A DNA stretch of 64,000 nt from Acidovorax facilis (GCA_964031875.1 CAXIRU010000076.1:4586-68585), one strand, 5' to 3'. Shown: positions 52,768-62,857, numbered from the stretch's first letter. A program made the numbers and translations. The notes: a model not told the origin generated them from the letters alone.

Positions 52768-53445
52768 ATGGTCACATCGAACGCTATTCAGCGCACAGTT
52801 CACATTCGCTATGCCGGACAGATTGCAACGGGATTCTTCATTGATGTCGATTCACGACAATACTTGGTCACAGCAAAGCATGTAGTTCCAGATCTGCAAG
52901 GTGAAGTCTTCATCTCCATCTTTCATGACAAAGACTGGCGAGATATTGGCGTGCACCTAGTTGGCCACGCCCCAGGAGAAGCCGACATCTCAGTTCTTGC
53001 TCTTCCATACCGCATTGCCGGCGCCGACCTCACGCTCCCCCCGGATGCGGCGGAGTTGACGGTCGGACAGGAAGTTTTCTTCTTGGGGTTTCCATTTGGT
53101 CTGTTTGGCGAGATGGGGGCTGCAAACAGTGACTACCCGCTGCCATTCGTGAAGCGCGCTACGGTGAGTTGCTTCGAACACAACCAGCATGGCCTTCATC
53201 GCATATTCCTTGATGGAAACAACAATCCAGGATTCTCTGGAGGGCCTGTTGTCTTTTGCGCTCCCGGAACCAACGAATTTCGCGTCGCAGGTGTTATCTC
53301 CGGGTACCGCTACGAAGAACAACCGGTTTTTCACGGAACTGAGTTACTGCCGCTTAGCACGCGGCACAACACCGGGATTATCTTTTCCTACGGGATTGGC
53401 TATGCAACCTCGTTGGCGCGTGCTAATCCAATTGGCTCGCAATAG
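52768..53445 (+). CDS. Cassette: trypsin-like serine protease
   Basis: TGFF, LVTAKHV, D, GFP, NNPGFSGGPV. Confidence 0.88.
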   Translation: MVTSNAIQRTVHIRYAGQIATGFFIDVDSRQYLVTAKHVVPDLQGEVFISIFHDKDWRDIGVHLVGHAPGEADISVLALPYRIAGADLTLPPDAAELTVGQEVFFLGFPFGLFGEMGAANSDYPLPFVKRATVSCFEHNQHGLHRIFLDGNNNPGFSGGPVVFCAPGTNEFRVAGVISGYRYEEQPVFHGTELLPLSTRHNTGIIFSYGIGYATSLARANPIGSQ

Positions 53446-53446
53446 T

Positions 53447-53515
53447 GCCTAACCCATCATTCAACTCGGACTGGCGCGATAAAGCCGCGCCAGCCGGTTA
53501 ATTCAAACGTTAGGT
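53447..53515 (+). other. attC site 2
   Basis: GCCTAAC-CCATC-ATTCAACT...GGTTAAT-TCAAAC-GTTAGGT. Confidence 0.92.
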
Positions 53516-53520
53516 GGTGC

Positions 53521-53826
53521 ATGAAGATTTTGCCGACGGCCAACGAGATAAACGTGTTTGACACGCTGGATGAGCGATATGCATGCGATCAATTTCTTGG
53601 AAAAGATCTCGCTGAGGCAGAGATTATATTCAAAGAGAACGCACTGCTGTATTCAGAATCTCTGATGCATATGGGGCCTAGTGCTGCAATATTCTATGGT
53701 TCAGCCCTAGTATCTTACGTAAGAAGCAGTAACTCTCGGGGCGACGTTGAAGCAGCTTCGAGCTTGATCAGCGTTGTAGAAGTTTGGCTACATGCAGGCA
53801 TGGACTTGCGCTCAATACATGCCTAA
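53521..53826 (+). CDS. Cassette: hypothetical protein (possibly truncated)
   Basis: ATG immediately after the core site. Confidence 0.65.
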   Translation: MKILPTANEINVFDTLDERYACDQFLGKDLAEAEIIFKENALLYSESLMHMGPSAAIFYGSALVSYVRSSNSRGDVEAASSLISVVEVWLHAGMDLRSIHA

Positions 53827-54220
53827 GCCACCGTTCCGCGTTTATGCAGTCATTTTCTGGCTGCTTGTCTTCGGCGTTGCCATGTTTGCTCATGGCTGGT
53901 TTGGCTGGGCCGAGGGTAGCGTTCTGGTACGGCTAAAGAACGCCCCTCCCTATATAGCAACTCCCGACAGCAGCACAGCCAATTCGTTCTACGTTTATAC
54001 TATTGGGTTTATGGCTGTTGGCTCTTTGGCAACTTTGGGTGCCATTTATATTTCTTGGGCGGTCTTGTTTGCGCCACCATCAAAGAAAATCAACATCATT
54101 CGTGTGCTCTCTCAAACCATGAAGGGGCGCCAACGCCCAGCTATTCCTTTGTGGTTTTTTTGGGGAGTGATTTTCGCTTTTGTTTCGGTATTCATCTATG
54201 CAGCCATCAAATACACATAA
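53819..54220 (+). CDS. Cassette: membrane protein (3 TM)
   Basis: Hydrophobic helices; stop codon lies in R'' ACATAAC. Confidence 0.7.
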   Translation: MPKPPFRVYAVIFWLLVFGVAMFAHGWFGWAEGSVLVRLKNAPPYIATPDSSTANSFYVYTIGFMAVGSLATLGAIYISWAVLFAPPSKKINIIRVLSQTMKGRQRPAIPLWFFWGVIFAFVSVFIYAAIKYT

Positions 54221-54295
54221 CATTCCGATCGAGGCGCAGCCTTCGGCTGCTGGGACGTCCCGCAAGCGGGCCGCTCCTTAGCTTTAACATTAGAA
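54215..54295 (+). other. attC site 3 (core mutated to ATTAGAA)
   Basis: ACATAAC...ATTAGAA; the next R'' TTCTAAC implies an original GTTAGAA. Confidence 0.8.
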
Positions 54296-54300
54296 ATCTT

Positions 54301-54696
54301 ATGTCTTCGCGCCTGAAGAAAATATCTATTGCAATCATTTGCCTCATCGCGCTTGGATTTGCTGGCCTGCATTTTCTTTCCGGAATGAGCTATTCATTGG
54401 TATCAAAAAGCCAATCCCCTAACGGCAAGCTCACAATCCATGTATTTCAATCGCTCCAAGATGGTTTTGGGCATGCGCCATACGGAAGAATTCTGGCTCT
54501 ATCGTCAAAATCAGAATTGCGCTCACCTGATGATGGGCATGTGTTCTTTGCTGGTTACTGCAAATTATCATTGGCCGCCGAATGGCAAAGCGATGAGCGC
54601 ATCGTCGTCCGCTGCGTTGATGGAAATAAAGGTGAAGGCCCAAGAACAATGGCTTCTGTCGCTTATGGCATAAAGGTTGATTACTCATGGCAATAG
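54301..54696 (+). CDS. Cassette: membrane-anchored hypothetical protein
   Basis: N-terminal TM, SPNGK; ATG after the core. Confidence 0.7.
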   Translation: MSSRLKKISIAIICLIALGFAGLHFLSGMSYSLVSKSQSPNGKLTIHVFQSLQDGFGHAPYGRILALSSKSELRSPDDGHVFFAGYCKLSLAAEWQSDERIVVRCVDGNKGEGPRTMASVAYGIKVDYSWQ

Positions 54697-54709
54697 CCAC
54701 GAAACCGCT

Positions 54710-54808
54710 TTCTAACCATTCCGTCGAGAGGGATCGCCCACAAGCTACGCTTGTGGGTTCCCTCCGCGGCTTCGCCGCTACGGCGGCCCATCACGTCAAA
54801 CGTTAGAG
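54710..54808 (+). other. attC site 4
   Basis: TTCTAAC...GTTAGAG with internal palindrome. Confidence 0.88.
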
Positions 54809-54811
54809 CGC

Positions 54812-55135
54812 ATGACCCCTCCAGCACCTGAGATCCAGCGAACTTGGTACGCCGTTTCTCCAAACGGCGACGCCGAGGGGCCGATCACCTTCGGAGTTGG
54901 GCTTCCGCTGCCGGAGCCTGATAGCGGGTGGGCGGTGGAGGTAAGCCTTGGCGGCATCGAGCCTGATCCGCGAAAGATATTCGGCGAGGATGGCTGGCAG
55001 GCAGTGGCACTCGGTATGCGCTTTGTGACGGCACGACTAGCCGATTTCTCCGAACGTGGTTGGCGGTTCTATTGGTCCAAGGGCGGTGAGCCCGCCAGCG
55101 TGGAGGACCTGCTCGGTGGCCGAGATGCGCTCTAA
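54812..55135 (+). CDS. Cassette: hypothetical protein
   Basis: IFGEDGWQAVAL motif; stop lies in R''. Confidence 0.75.
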   Translation: MTPPAPEIQRTWYAVSPNGDAEGPITFGVGLPLPEPDSGWAVEVSLGGIEPDPRKIFGEDGWQAVALGMRFVTARLADFSERGWRFYWSKGGEPASVEDLLGGRDAL

Positions 55136-55216
55136 CTTGTCAATCGACACGGACCCACAACAGCAGGAGGCGGCTTCGCCGCTAGTGTTGATAGTCCGGT
55201 CATTTTTACGTTAGAG
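55130..55216 (+). other. attC site 5
   Basis: CTCTAAC...GTTAGAG. Confidence 0.9.
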
Positions 55217-55219
55217 CGC

Positions 55220-55534
55220 ATGAAATCCGGTAGGAGGCTAGCAATCATGCTCTTGGCGGGAATGATGCTCGGCGTCGCACTTGCCTGGGGGATGTGGCAC
55301 GCCGGTGGCAGATGGATATGCGGGGGGATGATGGCGCACTACGACCGCATGCAAAGCACCTGTTACGGCGGAAAGCTTGCGGACGATGTCTATCATGTTC
55401 TCCCACAGGAGCAGTGGGCGGCGGCGCTGGCGTTTGTTCAAAGTCTTGGGCCACTTGCGCTGCTCGCGGCACTCACATTCAGTCTTCCTGCTGCGGTTTA
55501 CTACTTTGGGCGCCCGGACAGGCGCCAACTGTAG
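55220..55534 (+). CDS. Cassette: membrane protein (2 TM)
   Basis: Two hydrophobic segments. Confidence 0.7.
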   Translation: MKSGRRLAIMLLAGMMLGVALAWGMWHAGGRWICGGMMAHYDRMQSTCYGGKLADDVYHVLPQEQWAAALAFVQSLGPLALLAALTFSLPAAVYYFGRPDRRQL

Positions 55535-55546
55535 GGTTTGCATGCG

Positions 55547-55603
55547 CCCTAACATGTCAGTCCACCGGACCGCTTACGGCGGCCGGTTACCTTCACGTTA
55601 GGC
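55547..55603 (+). other. attC site 6 (57 bp)
   Basis: CCCTAAC...GTTAGGC. Confidence 0.88.
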
Positions 55604-55633
55604 CGCACAACCACACTGAGTCGTCTCCGAAGC

Positions 55634-56392
55634 ATGGCATACGAATCCGTCAAGTCGTTCATCCGCTCGCTTGCCCATCGTGAGCAATGCGAAGTCTCCG
55701 CCTCGGTCATGGCGCATGGCTCCACCACGGAGATCAAGTATCCACTGCCGATTGCTTGGCCCTGGCCAAGGCAGTTCGATTACACCAGCGAGTTCTTCTG
55801 TGTCGGGTCGGCCACTGGCGCATTGATTGAAGTTAACACTGCGTCCGGAGCTATTGGAGATCACGTAGTCAACTACTTCTCTCCTGACCTACTAAACGAA
55901 ACCCAGCGCTTTGTGGAAGCCGGCTACGTCGAGGCTTGGGTCAGCTCTTTGCTCGGCCGCTCGTTGGGCACCGTTTGGAGCCGCCCAGCCACCACGGATG
56001 CGTACATCCATGAGGTAGTCGACGCCAGCGGCATGGAGCGCTATACATCGCTTCTCGGCATTTCGAATCCAGGCACCGCCCGTGACCCGTTCATCCACAA
56101 CTTCTTTGCCACAGTCGGCTCCGATGTTGTCGCAAAGGGTCAGTTGGTTTACCCAGGTGGTACCGTTGCCTACGTCTCTGATATGTTCACCGAGCCTGCA
56201 CATCGTAAGTCAGGCTTGTGCAATCTCATCATGGGTGCACTGGAACACAAGGCGCGAACGCTTGGCGCCACACATGCGTGCCTGGCGCCCGGCCTGGAGG
56301 TAGCATCGTTTGGCCTCTACCAGAAATACGGTTATGAACCAGTAGCGTCGCGCTCAGTGCTAATCCCTCGTTCAGTACGCGGTGCGGCCTAA
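55634..56392 (+). CDS. Cassette: GNAT acetyltransferase
   Basis: TEPAHRKSGL, LYQKYGY. Confidence 0.85.
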   Translation: MAYESVKSFIRSLAHREQCEVSASVMAHGSTTEIKYPLPIAWPWPRQFDYTSEFFCVGSATGALIEVNTASGAIGDHVVNYFSPDLLNETQRFVEAGYVEAWVSSLLGRSLGTVWSRPATTDAYIHEVVDASGMERYTSLLGISNPGTARDPFIHNFFATVGSDVVAKGQLVYPGGTVAYVSDMFTEPAHRKSGLCNLIMGALEHKARTLGATHACLAPGLEVASFGLYQKYGYEPVASRSVLIPRSVRGAA

Positions 56393-56514
56393 CCCCTCGC
56401 TCAAGCTGAGCCCCAACGGCGGGCCACGCTGGCCATCAGGCGCTGGGCCTGCGGCCCATTTTGCGCCTGCTGTCCAGCGCGTCCCGCCGTTGGGTCCAGC
56501 TTAGCTCGAACGTT
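56387..56514 (+). other. attC site 7, interrupted at the core by a MITE
   Basis: GCCTAAC..GCTCAAGCTG...CAGCTTAGC-TCGAAC-GTT|MITE|GTTAGAC. Confidence 0.88.
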
Positions 56515-56673
56515 GAGGCTGTAAAAAAACTGTTTTCAAGGATTTCCAGTTGGATTGCCCAAAAAATCAGCGCATCAAAACGGCCTATACGCCACGATCT
56601 CGCGCGGGGGAAGGGGTCAAGCACCCTAGAAGTCACTCGAATTCTGCGAATCGTTTAGTTTTTTTACAGCCTC
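56515..56673. mobile_element. 159-bp MITE
   Basis: Perfect 17-bp TIRs GAGGCTGTAAAAAAACT / AGTTTTTTTACAGCCTC, flanked by duplicated GTT. Confidence 0.88.
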
Positions 56674-56689
56674 GTTAGACGGCACCTTC

Positions 56690-56977
56690 ATGGAAGTCGC
56701 ATTCGCACTCGTAGCCATCGCCATCCCGTTGTGGCTCAACGTCAGAGCCACGCGCCTGGTTGTTCATGACGCTCTCTCCGAGCAGGGGCAGAAGGTCGCG
56801 CAACTGCTATTCGTGTGGCTTGTCCCGGTTGTCGGAGCCGTAGTTGTCTTGGCTGTGCATCGTCCGACAGAGCCGCCGTCGCGTCGGTATCGTGAACCTC
56901 CTGATCCGGGCGATGACTTCGCGCTCTCGGGCCGGCCAGTCAAGAACCTTCGAGAGGTGCTAGATGGAGACGACTAG
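56690..56977 (+). CDS. Cassette: small membrane protein
   Basis: Two TM segments, QLLFVWLVPVVG. Confidence 0.75.
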   Translation: MEVAFALVAIAIPLWLNVRATRLVVHDALSEQGQKVAQLLFVWLVPVVGAVVVLAVHRPTEPPSRRYREPPDPGDDFALSGRPVKNLREVLDGDD

Positions 56978-56998
56978 TTCAGTCTACGCCACCATACC

Positions 56999-57076
56999 GT
57001 CCAACCCCTCCACCGAGCGGACGCATTCCAGCAAGCTGCGCTTGCCTCCAGGCGCCGCTCATGTCGAACGTTAAAG
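56999..57076 (+). other. attC site 8
   Basis: GTCCAAC..GAGCGG...CCGCTC..GTTAAAG. Confidence 0.85.
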
Positions 57077-57083
57077 CGCATCA

Positions 57084-57377
57084 ATGACGTTAGGTGATCT
57101 GCCGCTCCACGATGCAGTGCTGTTGGCTATCCATATAAGTTGGGATGCGGATCGCTGTGACCTAAGAGTTCAGCCAGTTGACACAACTTCACATGTGTTG
57201 GTGTTCGAGGGCTTCACTTCCTTGGAGTTTCCGAAGCAGGAGCCGTGGGGACCATCATCCTCAATCAACGTGGTTCGCGAGTCCCAGCGAGGGTGCTTCG
57301 AGATCGAATTGCAATCTGGTGACGTTCTGAGAGTTCAGGCGTCGCACTGGAGCTACCGCGCGGAGGTATCTGAGTGA
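57084..57377 (+). CDS. Cassette: hypothetical protein
   Basis: LHDA...IELQSGD; ATG after the core. Confidence 0.72.
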   Translation: MTLGDLPLHDAVLLAIHISWDADRCDLRVQPVDTTSHVLVFEGFTSLEFPKQEPWGPSSSINVVRESQRGCFEIELQSGDVLRVQASHWSYRAEVSE

Positions 57378-57381
57378 CGCT

Positions 57382-57468
57382 CTTAAACAAGCCAATCGAC
57401 ACGGACCCACAGCCGCAAGATGGCGGCTTCGCCGCACATGTTGCGGTCCGGTTATCTTCACGTTGGGC
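57382..57468 (+). other. attC site 9
   Basis: CTTAAAC...GTTGGGC; close relative of attC 5 (shared CAATCGACACGGACCCACA). Confidence 0.82.
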
Positions 57469-57519
57469 CGCACAAGAACAACCCCGCACGAATCTCCAGA
57501 GAATCAACTGACCGAACCG

Positions 57520-58002
57520 ATGACAGCACTCTCCACAGCGCGCTTCCCCGAGGATGTCCATGACGTCGTTGCCATCTTTCGGGAGTATGTTGCCAGTCCA
57601 AGCGCGGACCTCACCTTCCAAGACTTTGAGACTGAGTTCGCCAGCCTCCCGGGCAAGTACGCACCACCTGACGGTTGCGTCGTCCTCGCGCGAGACAAAG
57701 GCGCGGTTGTTGGCTGCGCCGCGCTCCGCAAGGTCAACCAAACCACCTGCGAACTGAAGCGTGTCTATGTTCGTCCGATCGCAAGAGGTCAGAGTCTCGG
57801 CCGTCGACTGGTCGAGTGCATGATTCGCCAGGCCCACTCCATCGGCTACACCACGATGTGCCTGGACGTCCTGCCCGAGTTTGTCGCCGCGCAGAGGCTC
57901 TACGAGTCCCTCGGATTCGTACCCGCAGCGCCTGTGAGCTACAACCCTGTCCCAGGCACCAAGTTCCTCGCACTTAGCTTGACGACAGAGAGTGCGGCCT
58001 AA
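57520..58002 (+). CDS. Cassette: GNAT acetyltransferase
   Basis: CELKRVYVRP.ARGQSLGRRL, AQRLYESLGF; followed by a truncated attC (GCCTAAG). Confidence 0.9.
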   Translation: MTALSTARFPEDVHDVVAIFREYVASPSADLTFQDFETEFASLPGKYAPPDGCVVLARDKGAVVGCAALRKVNQTTCELKRVYVRPIARGQSLGRRLVECMIRQAHSIGYTTMCLDVLPEFVAAQRLYESLGFVPAAPVSYNPVPGTKFLALSLTTESAA

Positions 58003-58044
58003 GCCTTCGTTGAGCGAAACATCCGTCGCGACGGCTTGGCAGCC

Positions 58045-58647
58045 TTAGCCACCATTGGCTTGCGCCTGGTCCATCACGAGGTAGCGCTTGACCAGGTCGA
58101 AGAAGCTTTCATAGAAGGTGTCTTTGGCGATGGTCTCGCTGCCCACCTTGACCAGCGATTCGCTGCTGGCCGAAAACGGCAGCGACACGGACCCGATGGC
58201 GCCCACGCCCACGCTGGCGGAGTTGTTGGTCTTGCGCAGGGCGTAGGTGTCTTGCAGCGCGGTCACAAAGCCCAGGCTGACCTTGCCGTCGTTGGCCTCG
58301 GGCACACACACCACGCGCACCACCATCTGCAGGTGCGATTCGGCTTCGGGCTGAAAGCTCTTCTTGCCCTCGATCAGCTCGGGCTGCTGGGTGGAGATGA
58401 CGTAGCCCTGGCTCAGAAGTGCGCGGCGCGATGCCTCGCAGGTCTGCTGCGGGGTGGCGTCAAACAGGCGCGAGTAGGTGGCTACCGAACCAAAATTTTC
58501 CTGCACCCCGAACGTCTTGGGCGTGGTGCCCACGCAGCCTGTCAGCAGTGCCGCCAGGCCCAGGCCACATGCAGCAGCCGCAGAACGAACATTGGAGCGG
58601 GTCGGAAAAAGGCGGGAACGCAAGGGCAGGCACTCCTTCGGGGTCAT
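58045..58647 (-). CDS. DUF2242 family lipoprotein (start uncertain)
   Basis: LLTGC lipobox; CEASRRALLSQGY, SLVKVGSETI. Confidence 0.8.
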   Translation of the reverse strand: MTPKECLPLRSRLFPTRSNVRSAAAACGLGLAALLTGCVGTTPKTFGVQENFGSVATYSRLFDATPQQTCEASRRALLSQGYVISTQQPELIEGKKSFQPEAESHLQMVVRVVCVPEANDGKVSLGFVTALQDTYALRKTNNSASVGVGAIGSVSLPFSASSESLVKVGSETIAKDTFYESFFDLVKRYLVMDQAQANGG

Positions 58648-58842
58648 GGGCGTCATCAGAAAAGTCGCCATCGTGTGGGCGGTGACCGTAGCGATAGCGG
58701 TGGTGTTTGCGGCTGCCGTGGCAGGACTGCGGCCACTTGGCTCTGACAGTTTGCACCAAGCACGGTTCATATCGATTCTAGAAAGCCCCACGCCCGGCAA
58801 GACTCGGATCACCCCGAAGACTGCGCACCTCAAGGTATCCAT

Positions 58843-59451
58843 TTGCAGCAGCCTGTTTCTGCTTTCACGGCCTGCACTTTGATTGCTATACTATTGATAG
58901 CTTTTAGCGCTTATCCATCAAGCGCCAGAGGGGTATTTAGCCCCAAACCAGCGCTGTCCAAACTGTTGCTTTTCACAGCGCTTCTGTCACTGTCTCTCTC
59001 ATCGTCTGCCGCCGTGCCTATTGCCTCCCTGCTCTGCCTGGTCGTCGCCATCAGCGACGGCGACACCCTCACTGCCCGCTGCGGCCCGCCGGGCGCCTAC
59101 CAGCAGGTGAAGGTGCGCATTGCCGCCATCGACGCGCCCGAGTCGCGCCAGGCCTTCGGCCAGAAGTCGCGGCAGCACCTGGCCCGGCTTTGCTTTCAGC
59201 AGCGCGCCACGCTGCAGCTGGTGGATGAAGACAGCTACGGGCGCACGGTGGCGCATGTGCGCTGCGGCAGCACCGATGTGGCCACCGCCCAGGTGCGTGC
59301 CGGGCTGGCCTGGGTGTACACGCCCTACGCTGAATCACGCCCGCAGTTGGCGGCGCTGCAGCGCCAGGCGCGCAGCCAGCAGGCGGGGTTGTGGTCGCAG
59401 AAACGGCCGCTGGCGCCGTGGGACTACCGGCACCGGCATAGCAAGCGCTGA
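58843..59451 (+). CDS. Thermonuclease (SNase) family protein (start uncertain)
   Basis: ISDGDT, VRIAAIDAPE, DSYGR, GLW. Confidence 0.88.
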   Translation: MQQPVSAFTACTLIAILLIAFSAYPSSARGVFSPKPALSKLLLFTALLSLSLSSSAAVPIASLLCLVVAISDGDTLTARCGPPGAYQQVKVRIAAIDAPESRQAFGQKSRQHLARLCFQQRATLQLVDEDSYGRTVAHVRCGSTDVATAQVRAGLAWVYTPYAESRPQLAALQRQARSQQAGLWSQKRPLAPWDYRHRHSKR

Positions 59452-59467
59452 ACTGGACCGCGCTGGA

Positions 59468-61171
59468 TCAGTTGCGCAGCAGGGCCAGCACGCCCTGGGG
59501 CATCTGGTTGGCCTGCACCACCATGGCGTTGCCCGCCTGTTGCAGGATTTGCTGGCGCGCCAGGAGGGAGGTCTCTACCGCGAAATCGGTGTCGGTGATG
59601 CGCGATCGGCTGGCCGACAGGTTCTCGCTGCCGATCTGCAGGTTGGAGATGGCCGACTCCAGCCGCGACGACTGCGCGCCGATGACGGCTCGCTGGCTGT
59701 TCACGTAGTCGAGCGCGCGGTCGACCGACACGATGGTTTGCGCGGCCGACACGGTCACGTCCAGCGTATTGCGCAGCCCCATGGCGCCCAGGCCGATGGC
59801 GCCCACGCGGGTTTCCAGGGTCTGGTTGGCGTTGGCGCCCACCTGGAAGACCTTGGTGCTGATGGCGCCACTGGTCGATGCAATGTTTTCGTAGGTTTCG
59901 GTAAAGCCCTGCAGCACGTCTTTGCCCGAGCGGCTGCCCTGGTTGGGCAGGGCAGCCTTGGCGTCACGCACCATGCCGCCATCCACATCGGCGCCGCCAA
60001 TGGCGCCCGTGTCGGCATTGTTCAGGTCGAAGGTGCCGATGAAGGCTGCGCCGTTGGTACCGAACTGTGAGAGCACATCGGCCGCATTGGTGAAGGCCCC
60101 GGCCGATGCGGCGGCAATGGCGGCGTCCAGCGTGGAGCCGGGGTTTTTGCTCATGTAGGTGAGCACGTCCTTGATGCCGGTGCCGCCCGCCGACTTGATG
60201 CGGTCGTGCATGTAGCGCACGGCCGAATAGCTGGCCGAATAGAACTCGCTGGTGTTCGACGGCCCGCCAATGGCCGCGACCACGGCGGCCGTGCCCAGGT
60301 TGGCCACGTCGGCGCGCACGCGCTCGTCCGCACCCTGGATGAATTCGGCCGTGCCTTCGGCAAACCACAGGTGGTTGCTGGTGATGTCCTGCCAGTTGGT
60401 GGCACGCGCCATCACGGCGTGCACCATTTCGTGGGCGATGATGCGGTCGTTGTAGTACGGGGCGGAGCCGCCGTTGGGCGGGTTGGGCGGCACGAAGTCG
60501 GCCATGTCCACCTGCAGCACGAGGTTGTTGCCACGGCCCTGGCCGTCAAAGCCGGTGACCTGCACAAACGCGGCCGCGCCACCGGCGTTGTCGGTGAAGC
60601 CGGTGTAGCGGATGTCGAGCGCGGCGCCGTCCCCCTGGATGCCGTAGTAGGTGCGGATGAGGTTCTCGCTGCTCTCCAGCCAGCTGCCGGCACTGGTCAG
60701 GCCGTCAAACACGGACAGCAGGTTTTCGTCGCCCACCAGGCTGGCCTCAGAGCGGTCGAACACATCCATGCCGTTGAACTGCGTGGTGCGGCCGGTACGG
60801 TCGATCTCTTGCGCCAGGCGTGTGACCTCGGCCTGGATGGCCTGGCGGTCGGACGCGCTGTTGGTGTCATTGGCGGCCTGCACGGCCAGCTCGCGGATGC
60901 GTTGCAGGCTGGCCGTGACGCTTTGCAGTGCGCCCTCGGCCGTCTGCATGAGCGACAGGCCATCGTTGGCATTGCGCACCGCCTGGTTCAGCCCCCGGAT
61001 CTGCGCGGTGAACCGCTCGGAGATCGCCAGGCCCGCCGCATCGTCCTTGGCGCTGTTGATGCGCAGGCCCGAGGACAGGCGCTGCACGGTCGTGGCCATG
61101 TCGTTTTGCACAGTGCCAAGCCGGCGCTGCGCATTCAGCGACATTACGTTGGTGTTGATCGTCAACCCCAT
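59468..61171 (-). CDS. Proteolytic flagellin (flagellinolysin)
   Basis: Flagellin N ([17 protein letters not shown]) and C ([11 protein letters not shown]) domains flank a central HEMVH...WFAEGTAE gluzincin motif. Confidence 0.92.
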   Translation of the reverse strand: MGLTINTNVMSLNAQRRLGTVQNDMATTVQRLSSGLRINSAKDDAAGLAISERFTAQIRGLNQAVRNANDGLSLMQTAEGALQSVTASLQRIRELAVQAANDTNSASDRQAIQAEVTRLAQEIDRTGRTTQFNGMDVFDRSEASLVGDENLLSVFDGLTSAGSWLESSENLIRTYYGIQGDGAALDIRYTGFTDNAGGAAAFVQVTGFDGQGRGNNLVLQVDMADFVPPNPPNGGSAPYYNDRIIAHEMVHAVMARATNWQDITSNHLWFAEGTAEFIQGADERVRADVANLGTAAVVAAIGGPSNTSEFYSASYSAVRYMHDRIKSAGGTGIKDVLTYMSKNPGSTLDAAIAAASAGAFTNAADVLSQFGTNGAAFIGTFDLNNADTGAIGGADVDGGMVRDAKAALPNQGSRSGKDVLQGFTETYENIASTSGAISTKVFQVGANANQTLETRVGAIGLGAMGLRNTLDVTVSAAQTIVSVDRALDYVNSQRAVIGAQSSRLESAISNLQIGSENLSASRSRITDTDFAVETSLLARQQILQQAGNAMVVQANQMPQGVLALLRN

Positions 61172-61267
61172 GGCCTGCTCCGTGCACTCCTGTGAGGGAT
61201 GGATAAAACCACAGCTCTCACCACGACGCCACAGCGCCAGAGGCCGAAGAACCGCTTCTCTCTGGGT

Positions 61268-61294
61268 GTATCGGCAAGCCCCGACAAAACCTGA
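61268..61294 (-). promoter_or_regulatory. Sigma28 (FliA) promoter
   Basis: TCAGGTTT-N11-GCCGATAC versus consensus TAAAGTTT-N11-GCCGATAA. Confidence 0.75.
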
Positions 61295-61421
61295 TGGGCG
61301 ATTTCTGCAGGTCTTTACCGAGGCCACCAGCGCGCCCGGGGTATAGCCGCTAGCATCGTGGGGTCTTTCTGCCCCCTGGCCCGGCGGTGCTCCGTGCCCC
61401 GCGCCACCTCTTTCCGTTGCC

Positions 61422-62702
61422 ATGACTGCCCCCCTGTCCCCCTCTGCGGCGCCCGATGCCGAGCCCGCCAGCGTCTACCGCCATACCGGTTTTGTTGCCT
61501 TTCTGATCGCTCGCGTGGTGGCCGTGGTCGCCACCCAGGTGCAGGCCGTAGTGGTGGCCTGGCAGGTGTATGACCTCACGCGCGAACCGCTCGCGCTGGC
61601 CTATGTGGGCCTGGCGCAGTTTCTGCCCATGCTCTGCCTGCTGTTGCCAGCGGGCGACCTCATCGACCGCTTTGCCCGCAAGCGCATCCTGGCGATCGCC
61701 TGGTCGGTGGGTGGCGTGTGCAGCGCCTTGCTGTGGTGGCTGTCAGGCCACGGCACCAGCGGCGTGGCAGGCATTTATGCGGTGCTGGTGCTGTATGGCT
61801 GCTCGCGCGCGTTCTCGGGCCCGGCCATGCAAAGCCTGTTGCCGCAGATCGTGCCGCGCGGGCATCTGGCCCAGGCCATGGCTGCCAACAGCATGCTGAT
61901 GCGGGTGGCCAGCATTGGGGGGCCGCTGCTGGGCGGTCTGCTGTATGCGCTGGGCGGTGGTGAGCTGACATACGCCATGTGCTGCGCCTGCTTTGCGCTG
62001 GGGGTGGCGCTGGTACTGCGCGTTCCTGTGGCGCACGGCACGGCGCACGGCCCCACGCAGGGCACGATGCTGGAGCGCTTTGGCGCAGGCATCACCTTCA
62101 TCCGCACCCGGCCCATCATTTTGGGCACCATCTCGCTGGACCTGTTTGCCGTGCTGCTGGGCGGCGTGGTGGCCTTGCTGCCCATCTACGCACAAGAGGT
62201 GCTGCACGTGGGCCCGGCGGGCCTGGGCGCGCTGCGCAGTGCCATGGCCGTGGGCGAAGTAGGCGCGGGGCTGTACCTGAGCATGCGGCCCTTCAACCGC
62301 CATGTGGGGCGCACCATGTTCATCGCGGTGGCAATTTTTGGTGTGGCCAACCTGGTGTTTGCGCTGTCCACGCTGTTCTGGCTGTCGTTTGCGGCGCTGC
62401 TGGTGGCGGGCGCGGCCGACATGGTGAGCGTGTACATCCGCGGCGCACTGGTGCAGTTCTCCACGCCCGACACCATGCGCGGGCGGGTGAACGCGGTGAA
62501 CATGCTGTTCATCGGCTCGTCCAACGAGCTGGGCGAGTTTCGTGCGGGCACCAGCGCCGCCTGGCTGGGCGTGGTGCCCGCCGCCGTGGTGGGCGGCCTG
62601 TGCACGCTGGGGGTGGTGGGGGGCTGGATGCTGGCATTCAAGACACTGCGCACGGTAGACCGTTTTGAAGAGGCGGCACAGGCCACCGGCGCGGCACCCT
62701 AG
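61422..62702 (+). CDS. MFS transporter
   Basis: About 12 TM; [15 protein letters not shown]. Confidence 0.9.
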   Translation: MTAPLSPSAAPDAEPASVYRHTGFVAFLIARVVAVVATQVQAVVVAWQVYDLTREPLALAYVGLAQFLPMLCLLLPAGDLIDRFARKRILAIAWSVGGVCSALLWWLSGHGTSGVAGIYAVLVLYGCSRAFSGPAMQSLLPQIVPRGHLAQAMAANSMLMRVASIGGPLLGGLLYALGGGELTYAMCCACFALGVALVLRVPVAHGTAHGPTQGTMLERFGAGITFIRTRPIILGTISLDLFAVLLGGVVALLPIYAQEVLHVGPAGLGALRSAMAVGEVGAGLYLSMRPFNRHVGRTMFIAVAIFGVANLVFALSTLFWLSFAALLVAGAADMVSVYIRGALVQFSTPDTMRGRVNAVNMLFIGSSNELGEFRAGTSAAWLGVVPAAVVGGLCTLGVVGGWMLAFKTLRTVDRFEEAAQATGAAP

Positions 62703-62857
62703 CCTTGCGCCCACCACGCCATGGGGAGGGCAGGAAACCCCTCGATACATCCTTGTGGGCGTTTGTGTCGCGCAGGTAAAACCCGCCGCACCGGCTTGCG
62801 TACCCATGGGGGCCGGGGGCACCATGCGTGCCATCGGCTGCTGCCCCGCGAGATCCC

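Larger units (their letters stand above)
52757..58010 (+). mobile_element. Integron gene cassette array (about 9 cassettes)
   Basis: Co-oriented short lower-GC ORFs each followed by RYYYAAC...GTTRRRY palindromes; most R'' boxes match or nearly match their own cassette's 5' core. Confidence 0.92.

Noticed and set aside
52678-58010. CRISPR array or terminator series
   Set aside because: Palindromes are non-identical, separated by whole ORFs and carry RYYYAAC/GTTRRRY boxes, so they are attC sites; no cas genes.
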